64,000 nucleotides of DNA from Planctomycetota bacterium (GTDB lineage: Bacteria > Planctomycetota > UBA1135 > GCA-002686595). The position numbers and the translations under genes are program-made. Under the pieces are notes generated by a model. It was not told the DNA's origin. It saw nothing but the letters and a program-made list of their open reading frames with translations, and searched no databases. The stretch covers positions 18,801 to 82,800 of the forward strand of contig NYYZ01000044.1 of NCBI GenBank assembly GCA_002686945.1, read 5' to 3'. Below, one piece after another: positions 61,809 through 64,000 of this stretch (position 1 is its first letter; each line of letters opens with the position of its first letter).

Positions 61809-64000
61809 ATGCTCCTGGCGTCTGCAGGCTTGTTCTTGCTCGCTGCGTGTGGTGGGAGCAGCGGCCCCAATTCCGGATCCGGGGGCGGCGGCCCGGGAGG
61901 GGGCTCCGGTGACGACCCCAACGCGCCCCACTCCCTAGTGTTTGAAAGGCCGATTGCAGCTTACATCGCCCAAGTTGCCGGGCAGGACAACACGCCGACC
62001 TGGGCCGGAATCATCGACAACTTCACTGTCCTGCCCGAATTACCAGCAGGTCTCGAGATCGATCCTCTGACAGGGGTGATCAGCGGCACTCCACTGATCC
62101 AGACCGAGGTCTCCCTCTACACCGTTACCGGTGTAAGCGAACATGGTTCCACAAGTGTGGCCTTGGAGATCCGTGTAACCGACACTCCGGTTCTTGCCCT
62201 CGGCAGCCATGGGGACGGCACCCTCATGATTCACCGCATCGACCCCTTCAGCGGCGCGCTCAGCCCCCTGGGTCTGGAGTACGCCCCCAATGCAGCGGGT
62301 GCGCTTGGCGATGTGGTCGTACACCCCGATGGACATCTGGCCTGGACCGCGAACAATAGTGAATTGGGTAGCGCCGAAGATGTCTCGGTTTTCAAGATCG
62401 ATCCCAACACGGGCCTGCCTCGCTATTCATCCTCACGCTCGTTCCTTGAGGGTGCTCACACCATGGGCCTGAACAGCGATGGCACCCTGGCCTTCATTGC
62501 CTCAAAAGCCAACCACCGCATCCAATCACACTCGGTGGATCAGATCAGCGGAGAATTGACCCCCATCGGCATCGCAGCGATAACCGGGACCAGCCCTGAC
62601 CGCATCATTGTCGATCCTCTTGGTCGCTTCGTTTTCTGCCAGAACTACCATTCGCGCAACCTCAACCTGTTCCTGATCGACCCCACGACAGGCGAGCTCA
62701 TCTTCAACGGAGACCTGTCCTTCTTCACTCGACGCCCGACGGATATGGTGCTGGATGACACGGGTGAGCATCTTTATGTGAGCTTCGAAGAAACCTCGGA
62801 GATCCAGCTCTTCCACATCGGCTGGGACGAGACCCTTGGACCCGAGGTGACATGGGGCACACGCACCGCCACAGGCGGGGTGCCAACATCCCTGGCAATT
62901 GGACCAGCAGGCACATTCCTTGCGACGACCTGTGCTGGAAGCAACGAGTTGCGTGTCTACGAGGTAAGCCGGGAGACTGGTGAGTTGGGCTTGGCCACAA
63001 TCCAAGACATGTCCTTCGAGCCCCGGAATGTGACCATGGACCGCTCTGGGACCTACGTCTATGTCTCGTACTCTGGCGAGCATGAGATCAGCAGCCTGCA
63101 AATCGATCCCGACAACGGAGCCGTCACCAGAATCAGCGAAATCAGAACCCGTCCTGGCCTTTTCCGCCTGACCATTCTGAACGCAACAGAGCCCCTGGCG
63201 GCAGTTGCACTCAACCTCTACTCGATCAACGAGCAATCGGAAGACCTCTCGGCCTTCGAAGTAGACCCCGCCTCCGGCGCACTCACCAGCAGCGGCCCGG
63301 ACCAAGACCTGGGTATCCGCCCTGATCACCTGGCACTCGACCCGCGTGGCGCAGCTGCATGGATAGCAAACGAAGCAAGCCAGAACCTGACCGTGGTGCT
63401 ACTCGACGACGACGGCATGGTATCGAACATGCCCGGAACGCCGACTGCTCTTCCAGGGACGCCCAAGGGCATCGCAGTAGATCCTTCTGGACGCTACCTC
63501 TTCGTCACGTTGGAAGTGCCTGGCCGGGTACTGATGTTCACAATCGGGGAAAACCCCGATGATCTTGCCCTCAGCCAGACTATCGCATTATCGAACGACC
63601 CTGAAGAAATCTCCTGCGACCGAACCGGACGGTTCGTGCATGTGAGCGGCTCGGCAAGTATCGCAAGCTTCCTCTTCGAACATGGCGAATTGGCCCATGA
63701 GGCGGCATTCGCCGTAGCCACGGGCAACCCAGGGCACCTGCGCTTTGCCCCCTCGGGACGCCACGCCTATGCCTGCCTGGCCACAACCCATCTGGTGATG
63801 CCCTATTCGGTGCATCAGACGAGTGGCCAGCTCTCGCCTTTGGTGGGAGCAGCCTTGGAAGTACCCGGTGCCCCAGTCGCCTTCGAGCATGGCATTCCGC
63901 TGGACCCGAACATGGTCCCCGATACGGGCACGGCGGTTGGTACCGACCCAGGCCTGCCAGCGGGCTATGTGATCCTGAGCCAAGACGGTGGCAACCTTCC
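61809..64000 (+). CDS. 3'-truncated lipoprotein: cadherin-like Ig domain + tandem 7-bladed lactonase-type beta-propellers
   Basis: This frame is open to the window end and is absent from the ORF track because it has no stop. The lipobox is LFLLAAC, followed by a Gly/Ser linker. LPAGLEIDPLTGVISGTP is a putative Ig domain. Repeated lactonase-propeller blades are present (VVHPDGHLAWTAN, IIVDPLGRFVFCQN, MVLDDTGEHLYVS, VTMDRSGTYVYVS, IAVDPSGRYLFVT, ISCDRTGRFVHVS). GTG 61761 is an alternative start. Confidence 0.7.
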   Translation, partial: MLLASAGLFLLAACGGSSGPNSGSGGGGPGGGSGDDPNAPHSLVFERPIAAYIAQVAGQDNTPTWAGIIDNFTVLPELPAGLEIDPLTGVISGTPLIQTEVSLYTVTGVSEHGSTSVALEIRVTDTPVLALGSHGDGTLMIHRIDPFSGALSPLGLEYAPNAAGALGDVVVHPDGHLAWTANNSELGSAEDVSVFKIDPNTGLPRYSSSRSFLEGAHTMGLNSDGTLAFIASKANHRIQSHSVDQISGELTPIGIAAITGTSPDRIIVDPLGRFVFCQNYHSRNLNLFLIDPTTGELIFNGDLSFFTRRPTDMVLDDTGEHLYVSFEETSEIQLFHIGWDETLGPEVTWGTRTATGGVPTSLAIGPAGTFLATTCAGSNELRVYEVSRETGELGLATIQDMSFEPRNVTMDRSGTYVYVSYSGEHEISSLQIDPDNGAVTRISEIRTRPGLFRLTILNATEPLAAVALNLYSINEQSEDLSAFEVDPASGALTSSGPDQDLGIRPDHLALDPRGAAAWIANEASQNLTVVLLDDDGMVSNMPGTPTALPGTPKGIAVDPSGRYLFVTLEVPGRVLMFTIGENPDDLALSQTIALSNDPEEISCDRTGRFVHVSGSASIASFLFEHGELAHEAAFAVATGNPGHLRFAPSGRHAYACLATTHLVMPYSVHQTSGQLSPLVGAALEVPGAPVAFEHGIPLDPNMVPDTGTAVGTDPGLPAGYVILSQDGGNL

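Noticed and set aside
1-64000. Search for CRISPR arrays, tRNA/rRNA genes, IS elements, integrases, prophage genes, toxin-antitoxin pairs and known defence-system genes.
   Set aside because: All intergenic gaps over 60 nt were read by eye: 13948-14030, 17523-17633, 21205-21334, 23885-23990, 27967-28094, 32488-32552, 36029-36093, 43827-44014, 51136-51521, 53988-54113, 56631-56716, 58070-58192 and 61515-61808. None contains a cloverleaf-like tRNA, spaced direct repeats, or terminal inverted repeats. No CDS shows transposase, integrase or phage signatures. A covariance-model scan would be needed to exclude small ncRNAs.

Overview
This is a GC-rich (judged by eye, not computed) bacterial chromosomal segment. 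I call 46 protein-coding genes. I found no rRNA, tRNA, CRISPR array, transposase or integrase in any intergenic gap. Gene packing is very tight, with many ATGA/GTGA start-stop overlaps. The ORF track renders GTG and TTG starts as M, so several starts were re-chosen by hand. Protein signatures suggest a PVC/Planctomycetota-like organism; this is an inference only. Those signatures are two secreted prenyltransferase-like alpha-toroid proteins ending in LPIFQR/LPIFRR, prepilin-type N-termini, a choice-of-anchor-B protein and giant PQQ/TPR proteins.

Layout:
- 1-14858 (+): a translationally coupled envelope operon encoding vWA, GATase-like, PQQ-propeller, alpha-toroid, DUF4175-like and giant coiled-coil proteins. 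It looks like an expanded Bat/MoxR-type system and is truncated at the 5' edge of the window.
- 14933-16682 (+): a GNAT gene and a second alpha-toroid paralog.
- 17634-23884 (+): NHL propeller, His/Met lipoprotein, di-heme peroxidase, choice-of-anchor-B protein.
- 23991-27966 (-): an orphan three-gene pseudopilin operon.
- 28095-36028 (-): an eight-gene coupled operon headed by a sensor-less sigma-54 activator and containing thiS, thiG and larE.
- 36094-40451 (+): nusA-infB-rbfA with no truB, followed by a STAND-type kinase.
- 44015-47525 (+): an ApbE, porin, FMN-binding protein and 4-TM His-rich membrane protein cassette.
- 47522-53987 (-): Kdo-kinase-like gene, Tpt1 with an RG/RD-rich tail, a PDZ-containing DAACS transporter, and an AP-superfamily enzyme.
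- 54114-64000: mixed housekeeping genes, including a bacterial Pus10-like pseudouridine synthase.

The candidates I rank highest for an undescribed system are the 1-14858 operon, the ApbE/porin/FMN cassette, the orphan pseudopilin tip-like operon, the Tpt1-RG fusion, and the Pus10-for-TruB situation. All functional calls rest on motif recognition by eye. No database search was run.
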